DNA of 64,000 bases, from contig CAXXLL010000003.1 of the NCBI GenBank assembly GCA_963662545.2, positions 448,001-512,000 on the forward strand. Reading direction: 5' to 3'. Below the pieces are notes generated by a model. The model was given only the letters and a program-made list of their open reading frames with translations. It was not told where the DNA came from and ran no database searches. Shown here one piece after another: positions 51,917-61,570 of the stretch (within the stretch, counting starts at the first letter, position 1; each line of letters opens with the position of its first letter). Origin of the DNA: Gammaproteobacteria bacterium. GTDB taxonomy: Bacteria > Pseudomonadota > Gammaproteobacteria > Ga0077536. Made by a program: the position numbers and the translations under genes.

Positions 51917-53512
51917 TTATTCGAAAACTCCATGGAGGCGCCAGCGCCGCTCCCCGTCGAGTTCCTCGTATATCCACAAACGGCTTCCTTTCGTGGTGGT
52001 CGCTATGAAATAGTCGCGCGCTATTGCATGCCCATCCCACCAGCCAGCATCAATCCGCTCGCGCTCGGGAACCAGTTGCAAAGGCCCGTCGAACTCCGGA
52101 TGTCCATGTCGAGTCGTGAGTGTCATGGGGTGCTTTACCAGCCATAACGGCCGGGCACCGAAAGGGCCGGGATCCACCGCCCTAGGAAGGGACCTGCGTT
52201 TCCCATCGTCCGGATACCGCCAACACCAAGCGTGTTCGGGACGGTGATCGGATTTCAGCCCCAGTCCGCGCAGTGCCCGGGTGCCACAACGGGAACGGAA
52301 CCGATCGGCGAACACCGCATAAGCTTCCTCATCCTGCTGATTTCTTCCCAAGAACAAGTCGCTCGTAGACGGCGACATCCCGCGCATGATGTCATCCACG
52401 TAAAGTTCGATGGCGCGCACCGGCGCCTTCAGGTTCATGCGCATCAGTGTTTCCCTGAGCAAGAGGCACATGTGATCGAAATCCCGGCCAGGCCGTGTAA
52501 GCCCGACTTCGAAAGACGTATGGGAATTGTCGCGACCGATGAGCCGCCATCGCAGATGGTGCGTCAACGCGGCATTCCCTCTCAGATACCCGACCAATTC
52601 GTGCAGTAAGCGTTCCCCCGCGACGACGAGCGCCTGCGCGTTGTCGAGTTCCCAGGGCAGGTCGAGTGTTGCTTCGAAACACCGGGGCGCGGAAAAAGCC
52701 GGCCGGGGATCGGGCGCACGTCCGAAGAGGCGATCCAGCATGTCGTTCAATACGGGTGAAAAACGGCGCGCCAGGCCGTCGCGCGGCAGGCGGCGGCAAT
52801 CACCGATGCGCCTGACGCCAATGCTTGCCAATGCCTCGCTGTGGCGCGCTTCCAGGCGCAGGGTTTCGATGGGTAGCGGTGACAGGTGCTGCATCAGATC
52901 CTGCTCCGCCAAAACGATCGCGCGGGAATTTGAACGCGCCAGTAAGGTCGCGGCCATCGGCGTCGGCGCCACGGCATGCTGCAGCCGGTAACCAAGCCCC
53001 CTGAGACCATGGCGCAGATGGCTCAACAAACCGTCCATGCCCTTAAACAGCCTGAGACTGCCCTTGATCTCCAGCACCAGCCCATCGGGCGGTACCGGGC
53101 TGACCTGGGGACTCAGCTGCAGCGCCCACAGACAAAGCTTGTCCAGCGCTTGGTGCTCCGCACGTTCATTGCGCGCGAGCACAGTCACCTCGCCCAGAGC
53201 ATGCGCCGCGCCGAGCGGCATACCCGGGCGTATGCCGAGCGCCGCCGCGCGGGTATTGGCCAGCAAGACTTTCCGGCGGCTGCCTTCCCCCGCGGTCAAC
53301 ACGCAGGCGCGTTGTGTCGCGACCCCGCGGGTCAATACCTCCAGCGGAAACTGCGGCAGGTGCAGGTGAAGCCAGAGCGCGCCGGCTGTGGAAGCATTCG
53401 CCGAATGGACGTTCTCCTGCCCGGGGATATACCCCGTGGCAGGGAGTGTCGCTCGCCTGCCATGGAAATCACGTGGCAGGGGTTCGCATGGGTTGGACGC
53501 TCGCACGCTCAT
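51917..53512 (-). CDS. imuB: inactive Y-family polymerase ImuB
   Basis: LW..L..PQ.PLE, G...GM.L..A.AL, APTP.AA.LLA, DHRPE, ERI..GWWD...RDY. Confidence 0.92.
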   Translation of the reverse strand: MSVRASNPCEPLPRDFHGRRATLPATGYIPGQENVHSANASTAGALWLHLHLPQFPLEVLTRGVATQRACVLTAGEGSRRKVLLANTRAAALGIRPGMPLGAAHALGEVTVLARNERAEHQALDKLCLWALQLSPQVSPVPPDGLVLEIKGSLRLFKGMDGLLSHLRHGLRGLGYRLQHAVAPTPMAATLLARSNSRAIVLAEQDLMQHLSPLPIETLRLEARHSEALASIGVRRIGDCRRLPRDGLARRFSPVLNDMLDRLFGRAPDPRPAFSAPRCFEATLDLPWELDNAQALVVAGERLLHELVGYLRGNAALTHHLRWRLIGRDNSHTSFEVGLTRPGRDFDHMCLLLRETLMRMNLKAPVRAIELYVDDIMRGMSPSTSDLFLGRNQQDEEAYAVFADRFRSRCGTRALRGLGLKSDHRPEHAWCWRYPDDGKRRSLPRAVDPGPFGARPLWLVKHPMTLTTRHGHPEFDGPLQLVPERERIDAGWWDGHAIARDYFIATTTKGSRLWIYEELDGERRWRLHGVFE

Positions 53513-53534
53513 TCTCCTTGGCAGTGCCTTTCAG

Positions 53535-54353
53535 TCACAATTCGATCCGGCAACGCGTACCGCCCTGCCCGCCGCGCGCTTTGAGGACCGTCACTTGCAA
53601 TACATCGCGCTGCTCTTCGGCAGCCTCCGTTTCCCGGGCTAGCCCGCATTTCTCACCACCGTTCGTAGCGAGGGCGTCGAGATGCCGTTGTGACGGGGCG
53701 CACGGACCGGCGGACGGTGAAGGCGTAGTTGACGCTACGTCGAACCGGCTGGAGGGAGTACGTCCCGTTACAGCGAGCAGATCGACGTCCGCAGTAGAAG
53801 GGTGGTGAGAAATGCGGGCTAGGCCCAGTCTGAGCGGGGCCGGAGACGGGTGCGTTCCGAACCGCTCGGGGCGGAACACGATGCCCCAGGTACGGCCGGC
53901 CTTGGCGGCGAGCTGTAAACGGCGCAGGTGAAGATCTGCGACATCCTCGATCCACAGGAGGGCGGCGCCGCAATCGGGGAATCTCAAAGCCTGCTCATAA
54001 GCCCACAGGGTCTGCTCTTTCAACGCATTCGGCTGATCGGATAAATCGACGATCAAGACCTGGGCGAGATCCATGCCGTACTCGATCAAGGCCGGGGAAT
54101 AAGGGATGTGAGGCGGGCAGACCCATATGATCCACTGCCCGCCGTGACTGAGCCTGGCAAGCGCGGGCAGTACCAGCCTCAGCGCACCGATACCAGGCGT
54201 CGCCGACAGGATTTCGGTGAGTCCCGAGCGTGGCCAGCCACCTCCCGGCAAGGTGCCGTCCAAGGCCTCAAAGCCCGTGCTCAAGCCGGCAGCAGAGGGG
54301 ATCTCCCCGGCGCGCCAGACATCGGCGCGTCGCATCAAATCCTGCAGGTTCAT
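53535..54353 (-). CDS. imuA: mutasome protein ImuA carrying a 60-aa in-frame insertion
   Basis: [39 protein letters not shown] and LKARGG. Confidence 0.9.
   Translation of the reverse strand: MNLQDLMRRADVWRAGEIPSAAGLSTGFEALDGTLPGGGWPRSGLTEILSATPGIGALRLVLPALARLSHGGQWIIWVCPPHIPYSPALIEYGMDLAQVLIVDLSDQPNALKEQTLWAYEQALRFPDCGAALLWIEDVADLHLRRLQLAAKAGRTWGIVFRPERFGTHPSPAPLRLGLARISHHPSTADVDLLAVTGRTPSSRFDVASTTPSPSAGPCAPSQRHLDALATNGGEKCGLARETEAAEEQRDVLQVTVLKARGGQGGTRCRIEL
53643..53818. mobile_element. MITE-like element family C inserted in frame in imuA
   Basis: perfect 18-bp TIRs CCCGCATTTCTCACCACC / GGTGGTGAGAAATGCGGG; CTAG direct repeat at 53639-53642 and 53819-53822; net 180 bp. Confidence 0.9.
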
Positions 54354-54967
54354 TGGGAATGCGTTCTGAGCACGCCGACCCCGAGGCCCTCTATGACGAG
54401 TTCCTGGTATCTGAGATCGACTTCTATGGGTTCGAAATCCGGATTCTCCGGCAGCAAGCGCACGCGCTTACCACGTCGCTTGAAACGTTTGACCGTGACT
54501 TCGTCTTCGAGACGCACGACGACGATCTGACCGTTTCGCGCCTCCGGGCTGGCATGCACTGCCAGCAGATCGCCATCGAGAATACCGGCTTCGCGCATGC
54601 TCATGCCGCGTACACGCAGCAGGTAATGCGCACGGGGCCTGAACAGATCCGGGTCCACCGCATAATGGTCTTCGATATGTTCGGCAGCGAGTATGGGATG
54701 GCCTGCGGCCACTCGCCCCACCACCGGCAGCCCCAACGCCTGGAGCGATGCGTCTCCGGCGATACGGATCCCGCGGGACGCCCCGGGAAGTAATTCGATA
54801 TAGCCTTTACGGGCAAGCGCCCGCAGGTGCTCTTCGGCGGCATTCGGCGAGCGGAATCCCAGGGCCTCGGCAATTTCGAGACGGGTCGGCGGCATTCCCG
54901 TGTGCTGAATCTCCCTGCGAACCAGGGCCAGGACTTCCGCCTGCCGCGCTGTCAAACCCGTAACCAC
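54350..54967 (-). CDS. lexA: SOS repressor LexA
   Basis: [26 protein letters not shown] cleavage site, GMSM and VTVKR; probable GTG start at 54967. Confidence 0.97.
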   Translation of the reverse strand: MVTGLTARQAEVLALVRREIQHTGMPPTRLEIAEALGFRSPNAAEEHLRALARKGYIELLPGASRGIRIAGDASLQALGLPVVGRVAAGHPILAAEHIEDHYAVDPDLFRPRAHYLLRVRGMSMREAGILDGDLLAVHASPEARNGQIVVVRLEDEVTVKRFKRRGKRVRLLPENPDFEPIEVDLRYQELVIEGLGVGVLRTHSQ

Positions 54968-54975
54968 AATAAAAC

Positions 54976-55007
54976 CTGTATAAACATACAGGTGTGAGTA
55001 TATACAG
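54976..55007. promoter_or_regulatory. tandem LexA (SOS) boxes
   Basis: CTGTATAAACATACAG (54976-54991, perfect CTGT-N8-ACAG) next to GTGTGAGTATATACAG (one mismatch), directly upstream of lexA. Confidence 0.9.
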
Positions 55008-55070
55008 TTATTTCCGAAAAACAAGCCGCCATTCACCCACAAGCGCTCCTGCGGTGGCGTGGTTTAGGAT

Positions 55071-55092
55071 GTAGGAGCGCGCTTGCGCGCGC
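55071..55092 (+). repeat. GTAG-type REP variant
   Basis: GTAGGAGCGCGCTTGCGCGCGC. Confidence 0.55.
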
Positions 55093-55105
55093 CTCAGGTG
55101 GCTAG

Positions 55106-55260
55106 CAGCCTGTCGGACTTAGGAAGAATTGACTTGGGCGTTGGGATAGCGGTCCAGATGTGCCATGGTTTTCGTTAAATAGCCCCACTATTCGCCTCAA
55201 ACCATGACACCTCTCAGACCCCCAACCACCTCGCTACGATTCCCTAAGCCCGACAGGCTG
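55106..55260. mobile_element. MITE-like element family B, copy 2 (inverted relative to copy 1)
   Basis: CAGCCTGTCGGACTTAG...CTAAGCCCGACAGGCTG with CTAG on both sides; interior is the reverse complement of 12095-12252. Confidence 0.88.
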
Positions 55261-55288
55261 CTAGGTTTACGGTGTAGGAGATAAAGGC

Positions 55289-55660
55289 ATGGAAAACTCC
55301 CCTCGTGGCATCAATCGTCTGATCAAGGCATTCGGTTATTCCATCAAGGGCCTGCGTGCCGGATGGCAGCACGAGGCCGCCTTTCGACAGGAAGTGATGC
55401 TCACCGCCGTCATGCTGCCGCTCGCATTCTGGATTGGACGCGGGCCGCTCGACTATGCTGTTTTGATCGGATCGCTTTTCATCGTGCTCATCACGGAACT
55501 GCTGAACTCAGGTGTCGAAGCGCTCACTGATCGCGTCAGTGAGGAACCCCATGAGCTCTCAGGGCGCGCCAAAGACCTCGCTGCGGCCGCGGTTTTTCTG
55601 AGCCTGGTGATGATGGCCGTGGTATGGACTTTCGTGGGGTATGCCCGATTTACGGGTTAG
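55289..55660 (+). CDS. dgkA: integral membrane diacylglycerol kinase
   Basis: A..YS.KGL.A.W.HEAAFRQE, ELLNSGVE...DR and SGRAKD. Confidence 0.95.
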   Translation: MENSPRGINRLIKAFGYSIKGLRAGWQHEAAFRQEVMLTAVMLPLAFWIGRGPLDYAVLIGSLFIVLITELLNSGVEALTDRVSEEPHELSGRAKDLAAAAVFLSLVMMAVVWTFVGYARFTG

Positions 55661-55697
55661 CAGGTTGTTGAAAAACTCGTTTTTCAACAACCTGTTA
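55658..55697. repeat. 40-bp palindrome (minimal IS-end-like element or bidirectional terminator)
   Basis: TAGCAGGTTGTTGAAAAACTCGTTTTTCAACAACCTGTTA; a degenerate relative lies near 51874-51911. Confidence 0.65.
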
Positions 55698-55698
55698 G

Positions 55699-55860
55699 GG
55701 AACCTCTGAATAAGTTATGGCGCGGGGGAATGGTGCATGAAATCGTGCAGATCAAGGCACGAATCGCAGGCCATAGCGGGGACCTTTGGCAAGATGCGTA
55801 ACGTAAGGCTCCGCGATTTCAGGCGCAAGGCAGGTGTGCCATAACTTATTCAGAGGTTGC
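55699..55860. mobile_element. MITE-like element family A, copy 3
   Basis: GGAACCTCTGAATAAGTTATGG ... CCATAACTTATTCAGAGGTTGC, flanked by TTAG and TTAA. Confidence 0.88.
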
Positions 55861-57165
55861 TTAAGTCAGCGCGCGCGCCAAGGCTTTGCTCGTCGACTGA
55901 AGGCGCTCGATCAGGACTTCCTGAAAAGCACGGTTCAAGCGCACCTGGCTCGGTAGCGAGGCCCATTCCTTGAAGTCACGATCGATTTTCACAATGGTCG
56001 ATTCACGATTGGTGACGACGGTCGCGGTACGGCCGGTGTCGGACAGATATTCCATTTCGCCGAAACATTCGCCGGCATCGAGATCCCGGATCCGAGTGCC
56101 GTTGATGGTCACGGCAATCGAGCCCTCGGCCAAGACGAAGAACGCACGTTCCTTTTCTCCCTCGCTGAAAATCGTCTCACCAGCCGTATAATTGCGCCAG
56201 ATCGCGACCTTCACAACTTCTTTCAATTCCTTATTGGAAAATTGAGAAAAGAACGAGAGTTCCTTCATCTTCTCGATCTTTTGCTCGTCGTTCAGCATGA
56301 CGGGCGAGCGTTCCAGCAGATCGAGTGCCTCATCGATGTCCTTGACGATGTCCGCCCCGGTCTTATACCGGCCTGCGAGATCTTTCGTCAGCATCTTCTT
56401 GACGACGCGCCAGACGAAGTCGGGAATCTCCTCATCTATTTCGGGCGGCGGCTCGGGATCTTCGTTCACGACTTTCTGAATCAGGCTCGAAAGTCCCTTG
56501 GCTGCAAACGGCGGCGCACCGGCGAGCATTTCGTAGATGACCGAGCCCAGCGAAAAAAGATCCGACTGTCGCGTTAGATCCTCGTCCTGCGCCTGCTCCG
56601 GTGACATGTAGAGTGGGGAACCGAACCAGCCGATGATCTGCGTTTGATCGACGCCCATGCGGCGCGCGATGCCGAAGTCGCCCAGCTTTGCCACGCCGCT
56701 TTCGGTGATCATGATGTTGGCCGGTTTGATATCACGGTGTAGAACGCCCTGCTCGTGTGCATAATTGAGCGCGTCGGCCGATTGGCGGATCAGTGTGAGA
56801 ACCTGCGGGATCGGAAGCTTCGTATCGGATTTGCAGAAACTTCGAAGGGTATCGCCGCCCTTGATGAACTCCATGACCATATATGGCATGCCGTCTTCTT
56901 CACCGGCTTCGTAAACCTTGAGGATGTTCGGGTGATCCAGCTTACCGACCGAGCGAGCTTCGTTGATGAACATGCGCTTGGCCATACTTTCACCATCGTC
57001 TTCGGCTTCAGCATTAGTGGCGACTTTAATCGCCACGGGCCGATCGACGTATGCGTCATGGGCCTTGTAAACGACGCCCATCGAACCCTTGCCCAGGACA
57101 TCGGTCACGTCGTATTTGCTAATTTTTTCCGGTTTCTGATCGATCACGACACCTCGGAACCTCAT
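55861..57165 (-). CDS. Hanks-type Ser/Thr kinase with C-terminal cyclic-nucleotide-binding domain
   Basis: GKGSMG, VAIK, HRDIKPAN, DFG, YMSPE; GECFGEM...RTATV; no TM segment. Confidence 0.92.
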   Translation of the reverse strand: MRFRGVVIDQKPEKISKYDVTDVLGKGSMGVVYKAHDAYVDRPVAIKVATNAEAEDDGESMAKRMFINEARSVGKLDHPNILKVYEAGEEDGMPYMVMEFIKGGDTLRSFCKSDTKLPIPQVLTLIRQSADALNYAHEQGVLHRDIKPANIMITESGVAKLGDFGIARRMGVDQTQIIGWFGSPLYMSPEQAQDEDLTRQSDLFSLGSVIYEMLAGAPPFAAKGLSSLIQKVVNEDPEPPPEIDEEIPDFVWRVVKKMLTKDLAGRYKTGADIVKDIDEALDLLERSPVMLNDEQKIEKMKELSFFSQFSNKELKEVVKVAIWRNYTAGETIFSEGEKERAFFVLAEGSIAVTINGTRIRDLDAGECFGEMEYLSDTGRTATVVTNRESTIVKIDRDFKEWASLPSQVRLNRAFQEVLIERLQSTSKALARALT

Positions 57166-57300
57166 ATATGATGCCGAAAAACGATTACCTATCGTTTTTC
57201 AACGCGCGTCGGGGGAAAGCGCGGCATCCAAGTGTAGCGCGGAGTAGACATGGGAGCGACAGGTGCCTGCGAGAAAACGCTCGGCCCGCGGAGACGTATT

Positions 57301-60300
57301 TCAGGGCATGAGTTCAGTCTGTTCGGCGAGATCGTAAAGAAAATCGATACCGATCTCGCGCATGGTTTCGGCCAGCTCCAGACCCGCTTGCTGCTTAGCT
57401 ATCGTCTTCTTGCCCATGAAGTGGACCAACTCGTTGATGGATTTCGCCATGGCGAAATCTTTGGGGCTTTTCTGAGCGTCGGCGATGAATCCCGTTTTGA
57501 CCGTGACGAAATCTACGTCGAGTTCCTTAATATAATCGTAGTTGTCGTGGCCACTACCGAACTCATCGAGTATGAATCGGCATCCGAATTCCTTCATGCT
57601 GCTGATCAAGTCGCCGGCTTCGACGACATTATCAACGACGTCGCGATCGGGGATCTCGAAACATATTTTGCCGGGCGGCACCGGTGTTTCCATGAATTCG
57701 CCCATTATCTGATTCGGCAAATCCTCGTTCTTCATGGATGCCGAGGACAGCGGGATGACGATCAGCGCGTATTTTTCTACTTCATCCTCATGGTCGACCA
57801 TCCATGCCAAGGTCTGCTTGAAGGCCCACATGTCGATCTCCGCCGCAATATCGCAGCGGGCAAGCGCAGGCATGAACGACTGCGTCGGAATCGGCTTGTC
57901 ATTGCGGTCACGCGCACCTATCGCAATGTGAAGCGCGGGTGGAATTTCGCTGTCGTGCAGGCTGGTCACATTTTGCCCATGCAGCATCAGGCATTCGCGC
58001 TCTAGCGCCTTGTTGGCATAGGCGACCATCTGCTCCATCTGCCGACGCTGCTGGCTTTCGCTGCCGGCGACGTAAATCGAACCGATACCCATTTCGCGCG
58101 CCGATGCGCAGGCTTCGAGCGCCGCCGAAAGCAAACCCTCGGCTTGAATCAATCCGTCTTCGCTGCCGATAACACCGATCACGATCTCCGGGGCGATTGC
58201 CCGCACGACCGTCTCGGCTTCTGCCGCATCATCCGATTCGGGTATATCGTCCGTGCTCTCCTCGAGGCTGATTGATATACCGGTCAGTGACTCCAGTTTT
58301 GACTGGAATTTCTTGTAAACATTTTGGATACCGCCCGCCGGCCAGTAGATACCAAGGTCCGCGCCACCGAGGCGTCCGAAAACGAGGTTTTTTCCGCGCA
58401 TCTCCTCGCGCAGCACTTGTGAAAATTTCTCGATTAAAGCGTCACCGATTTCCGCACCGAACTCATCGTTTACTTGTTTCAGATTCTCAATTGAAATCTG
58501 ACAGATAACGGCATTTTTCGCCGCCGCTGTTTCGGCTTCCGGCAGGACCGCGTCGATCTCCTCAACGAAAAACTTTCGGTTCAGAAAGCCAGTCAAGGGA
58601 TCGCGCGTCGCGTGCTGTTCAAGCTGACTGTGGAAACGATCCACGACCCCAAACATCGCGCGCTCCATTGCCGGCTCGTCCTCGTCCGAATCCAAAGGCT
58701 TGAGAATTCCACGGCGCAGGTACATCGCGACCTGCTCGTGCGTCAAGGTGCTCGCCTTGTTTCCCAATTCATCGACGAACACGAACAGGTTGTTCTTTGC
58801 CTCCTTCCATACGAGCGTCACGATGATCGGATTCGTCGTATTGGCGTTCATGAGCATGCGCTCGCCGACTTCCAGATCCTTGGACCGCTCCAGCCATTTA
58901 TGCCATTCCTCCGGGAAATCGGATCGTTCGAGGGTTTGGTCGGTGGCTTCCAGCGACTGGCCCCGGCGTTGTTCGAGGATTTGCTGCTGTTTCTCACAGG
59001 ATTCGACGACTTCGCCGACTCTACTGTCGTAATCGCTGCCCTGTTCCCGCACGATTTTGTCGAGCTCCGCGATCATGGGCTTGAAGATCGATACGTCATC
59101 GTGAAACTGTTCGTTTACCTGCGTCACCAGTTCCTGGACTCGAGCATTGCGGCGTTGGTCTTCTTCGCTCTTACCGTCGCGAACCTGCGCGATGCGATTG
59201 ATGACCTGCCTGACGGGATGGTCCGAAGATTCAAAGAACTGCGAATCGATGAGAGCCGCCTTGTGTACGGAGGGCTGCAATCGAGTGAGATGCGTCTTCG
59301 CGCTCTTAGCCACGAGTACATCATTCAGCATGGCGCTGAACAGGTTGGCCACGACCTCGATCGCATCATTGGCCTCATTGCTGATCATTTTTTCCGGAGC
59401 CCCGTCGCCGATGAGGGCATCGGTGATCCGCTGCTTGATGCCGTCGACGTCGAGCAGTTGGGGATCAGCGATTTCGGCAAAAGCCTGCTGAACCTCGTTC
59501 AGCCCATCGACGACCTGGCCGCGACTGTAATCGCCACGCTGCCTGACGGTTGCCGAGAAAATTTGCGCCTGATCCGGCGTGAGCTGCCGGCGCAGTGCCA
59601 TTTGTGTTTGCGCGGTCGAGTAAACCTGCTGCATCGACGGCGCCGCATAGCGCACGCCCGGTGTGACCCAACCAGCCGGTAGCCCACCGCCTCCGAGCGC
59701 GGGGAGTGCGACGCCTGCAGTGGCGGACGCCGGCGGCGCGGAGGGTGGCGCAGCGGCAACGCCGCCCGGTGAAATCGGCGGCGGCGCAGCGGCAACACCG
59801 CCGGGTGAAACCGGCGATAGCGCGGCGACAACACCGCCCGGTGAAACCGGCGGCGGCGCAGCGGCAACACCGCCCGGTGAAATCGGTGGTGGCGCAGCGG
59901 CGACTCCGCCCGGTGAAATCGGCGGCGGCGCAGCGACGACTCCGCCCGGTGAAATCGGCGGTGGCGCTTGCTGAACGCCGGCTGCGCCTGGTTGGTAGGG
60001 CGGTACGGGCTGCCCGGCGCCCGGCGCGGGCAACGGTCCGGCCGTTACCGCGGGGCCGTATCCAGGTCGAAGTTGAGCTTGCGCTGGCGCTTGTTGCTGC
60101 GGATAGCCTTGATAATTTTCGGGGCTCGGCATCAGACTGGTAAAATCGTCCTCCTGCTCCGCTCCAGGTTGCCCCATCGTATCGTCCAAGGCGCCTTCGA
60201 TCGGTACCTCGAAACCGGCCTTGGCCGGTGGTTTTTTCTTGAGAACCGGTTTGTCCTTCTCGATCACCGGCAGAACGGCGTGTTCAACGAGCAGCGCGTT

Positions 60301-61275
60301 GACCTCTTCGTAGAAGGGCCCGAGATTGCCCGACATGACTTCGTGCAGAACCTCGTAGATGCGTTTGATGATACGGCTATCGGACTGGAGCCCTTTGAGG
60401 CTGTCGGCCAGGGCATTACAGAGAATGCTGGGTCCGATCGGAATTGAAGCAGTGTCCAATTCGCGATTTGCCAAATAGGTAAAGCGTCGGCTAAGCGCGA
60501 ATAATGGTTCACTGAACTCGGGCTCGAGTTCCGACACCGCGAGAAATTCTTCGAAATCTTCCTTGTCAACGAGGGAAAGATCAGAAAGACCGATGGACTC
60601 GGGTTCCTTGTCCTGATCCGAAAGCGGGTTGCCGAGGATTGAAATCCCCAATTCGATTTTGGCCGGTACTTCTTCGCGAACTTTATCCCGGCGTTTGCGT
60701 ATTTCACGTTGTCCGTCCAGAAACCGTGTTTCGTCCACATTATTGTCGGCATCACGAGCGGCAAGAAAGAGCACGTCGTCAGTGCGTTCGAGAAAGCGGT
60801 CACAGATCTTGCGCGTGTGTTCGTCCGCCAATTTGGTCAATGGTCCGAGAAGCCCGGAAAACTCGACTGCAAATCCCCCGTGCGTTTCACTTAGCCCTTC
60901 GATCGAATCGGGAATGGCTGGCGCTGCGGCCGGGGCTGCAAGCTGTTTGAGGAGTTCTATCGTCTGCGGATCGGGATCCCTGAAAGAGACACCGATTCCC
61001 TTTGCGACCGCGCGCGCGATAGTAAGGCCTACTTGAAAGTCCTTTTTCTCTCCGCCTATGAACAGCGCGAAGTAAAGTATCGCAGGTGTTTGCGGCGCAA
61101 CGCTCGCATACGCCGCGGGATCGGCAGTGATGAACATTCCGCCGGCGCAGTAGTCTCGTGCGGTGCAGGGAATGGGGGCATTGCCGTCAATACTGAGCAA
61201 TCCATCGAGATTGATCGCTAAGCGCGCAAATCGCCGCTGCTCTGCGCCTCCTGATTGACCCCGCCCTGCAGTCAT
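57301..61275 (-). CDS. PilZ + DUF1631-like + degenerate GGDEF + degenerate EAL protein
   Basis: N-terminal QRRFAR...DYCAGG; RDPLTGFLNR...RLGGADL; GKICFEI and LDEFGSG; no EAL motif. Confidence 0.8.
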   Translation of the reverse strand: MTAGRGQSGGAEQRRFARLAINLDGLLSIDGNAPIPCTARDYCAGGMFITADPAAYASVAPQTPAILYFALFIGGEKKDFQVGLTIARAVAKGIGVSFRDPDPQTIELLKQLAAPAAAPAIPDSIEGLSETHGGFAVEFSGLLGPLTKLADEHTRKICDRFLERTDDVLFLAARDADNNVDETRFLDGQREIRKRRDKVREEVPAKIELGISILGNPLSDQDKEPESIGLSDLSLVDKEDFEEFLAVSELEPEFSEPLFALSRRFTYLANRELDTASIPIGPSILCNALADSLKGLQSDSRIIKRIYEVLHEVMSGNLGPFYEEVNALLVEHAVLPVIEKDKPVLKKKPPAKAGFEVPIEGALDDTMGQPGAEQEDDFTSLMPSPENYQGYPQQQAPAQAQLRPGYGPAVTAGPLPAPGAGQPVPPYQPGAAGVQQAPPPISPGGVVAAPPPISPGGVAAAPPPISPGGVAAAPPPVSPGGVVAALSPVSPGGVAAAPPPISPGGVAAAPPSAPPASATAGVALPALGGGGLPAGWVTPGVRYAAPSMQQVYSTAQTQMALRRQLTPDQAQIFSATVRQRGDYSRGQVVDGLNEVQQAFAEIADPQLLDVDGIKQRITDALIGDGAPEKMISNEANDAIEVVANLFSAMLNDVLVAKSAKTHLTRLQPSVHKAALIDSQFFESSDHPVRQVINRIAQVRDGKSEEDQRRNARVQELVTQVNEQFHDDVSIFKPMIAELDKIVREQGSDYDSRVGEVVESCEKQQQILEQRRGQSLEATDQTLERSDFPEEWHKWLERSKDLEVGERMLMNANTTNPIIVTLVWKEAKNNLFVFVDELGNKASTLTHEQVAMYLRRGILKPLDSDEDEPAMERAMFGVVDRFHSQLEQHATRDPLTGFLNRKFFVEEIDAVLPEAETAAAKNAVICQISIENLKQVNDEFGAEIGDALIEKFSQVLREEMRGKNLVFGRLGGADLGIYWPAGGIQNVYKKFQSKLESLTGISISLEESTDDIPESDDAAEAETVVRAIAPEIVIGVIGSEDGLIQAEGLLSAALEACASAREMGIGSIYVAGSESQQRRQMEQMVAYANKALERECLMLHGQNVTSLHDSEIPPALHIAIGARDRNDKPIPTQSFMPALARCDIAAEIDMWAFKQTLAWMVDHEDEVEKYALIVIPLSSASMKNEDLPNQIMGEFMETPVPPGKICFEIPDRDVVDNVVEAGDLISSMKEFGCRFILDEFGSGHDNYDYIKELDVDFVTVKTGFIADAQKSPKDFAMAKSINELVHFMGKKTIAKQQAGLELAETMREIGIDFLYDLAEQTELMP
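59749..59966 (-). repeat. six in-frame 36-bp tandem repeats encoding PPPISPGGVAAA
   Basis: visible in both DNA and protein. Confidence 0.9.
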
Positions 61276-61570
61276 AGTTTGGAAAACCGTTAGCCAGTTT
61301 GCTCAATCGCACGCACGGGCCGTTCGAATCGATAGTCAATCGTTGCGCCGAACGTACGATTTACCGCATTATTGTAACATCCACCGCCCCCGGTCGAGCC
61401 ATTCGCCAAACCCAAAAGGATCCCCGGCATAGCGGTTTAAATCTGATTTCGTCTCGAAATTGTCTCCCGGTGACCGGCCCGCGTTTCTGGGAATGACTCC
61501 AATACGGTTTTGAGCTAGATCAAACTCACCAAGGGCGGCGGGCGTTAGTGCATGCTGTGAGCCGACGACA

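Noticed and set aside
54968-55042. Extended lexA N-terminus
   Set aside because: It runs through the SOS boxes and promoter; homology starts at LT.RQ
59749-59966. 36-bp repeats as a possible CRISPR array
   Set aside because: They are contiguous, in-frame coding repeats with no spacers, and no cas genes are present
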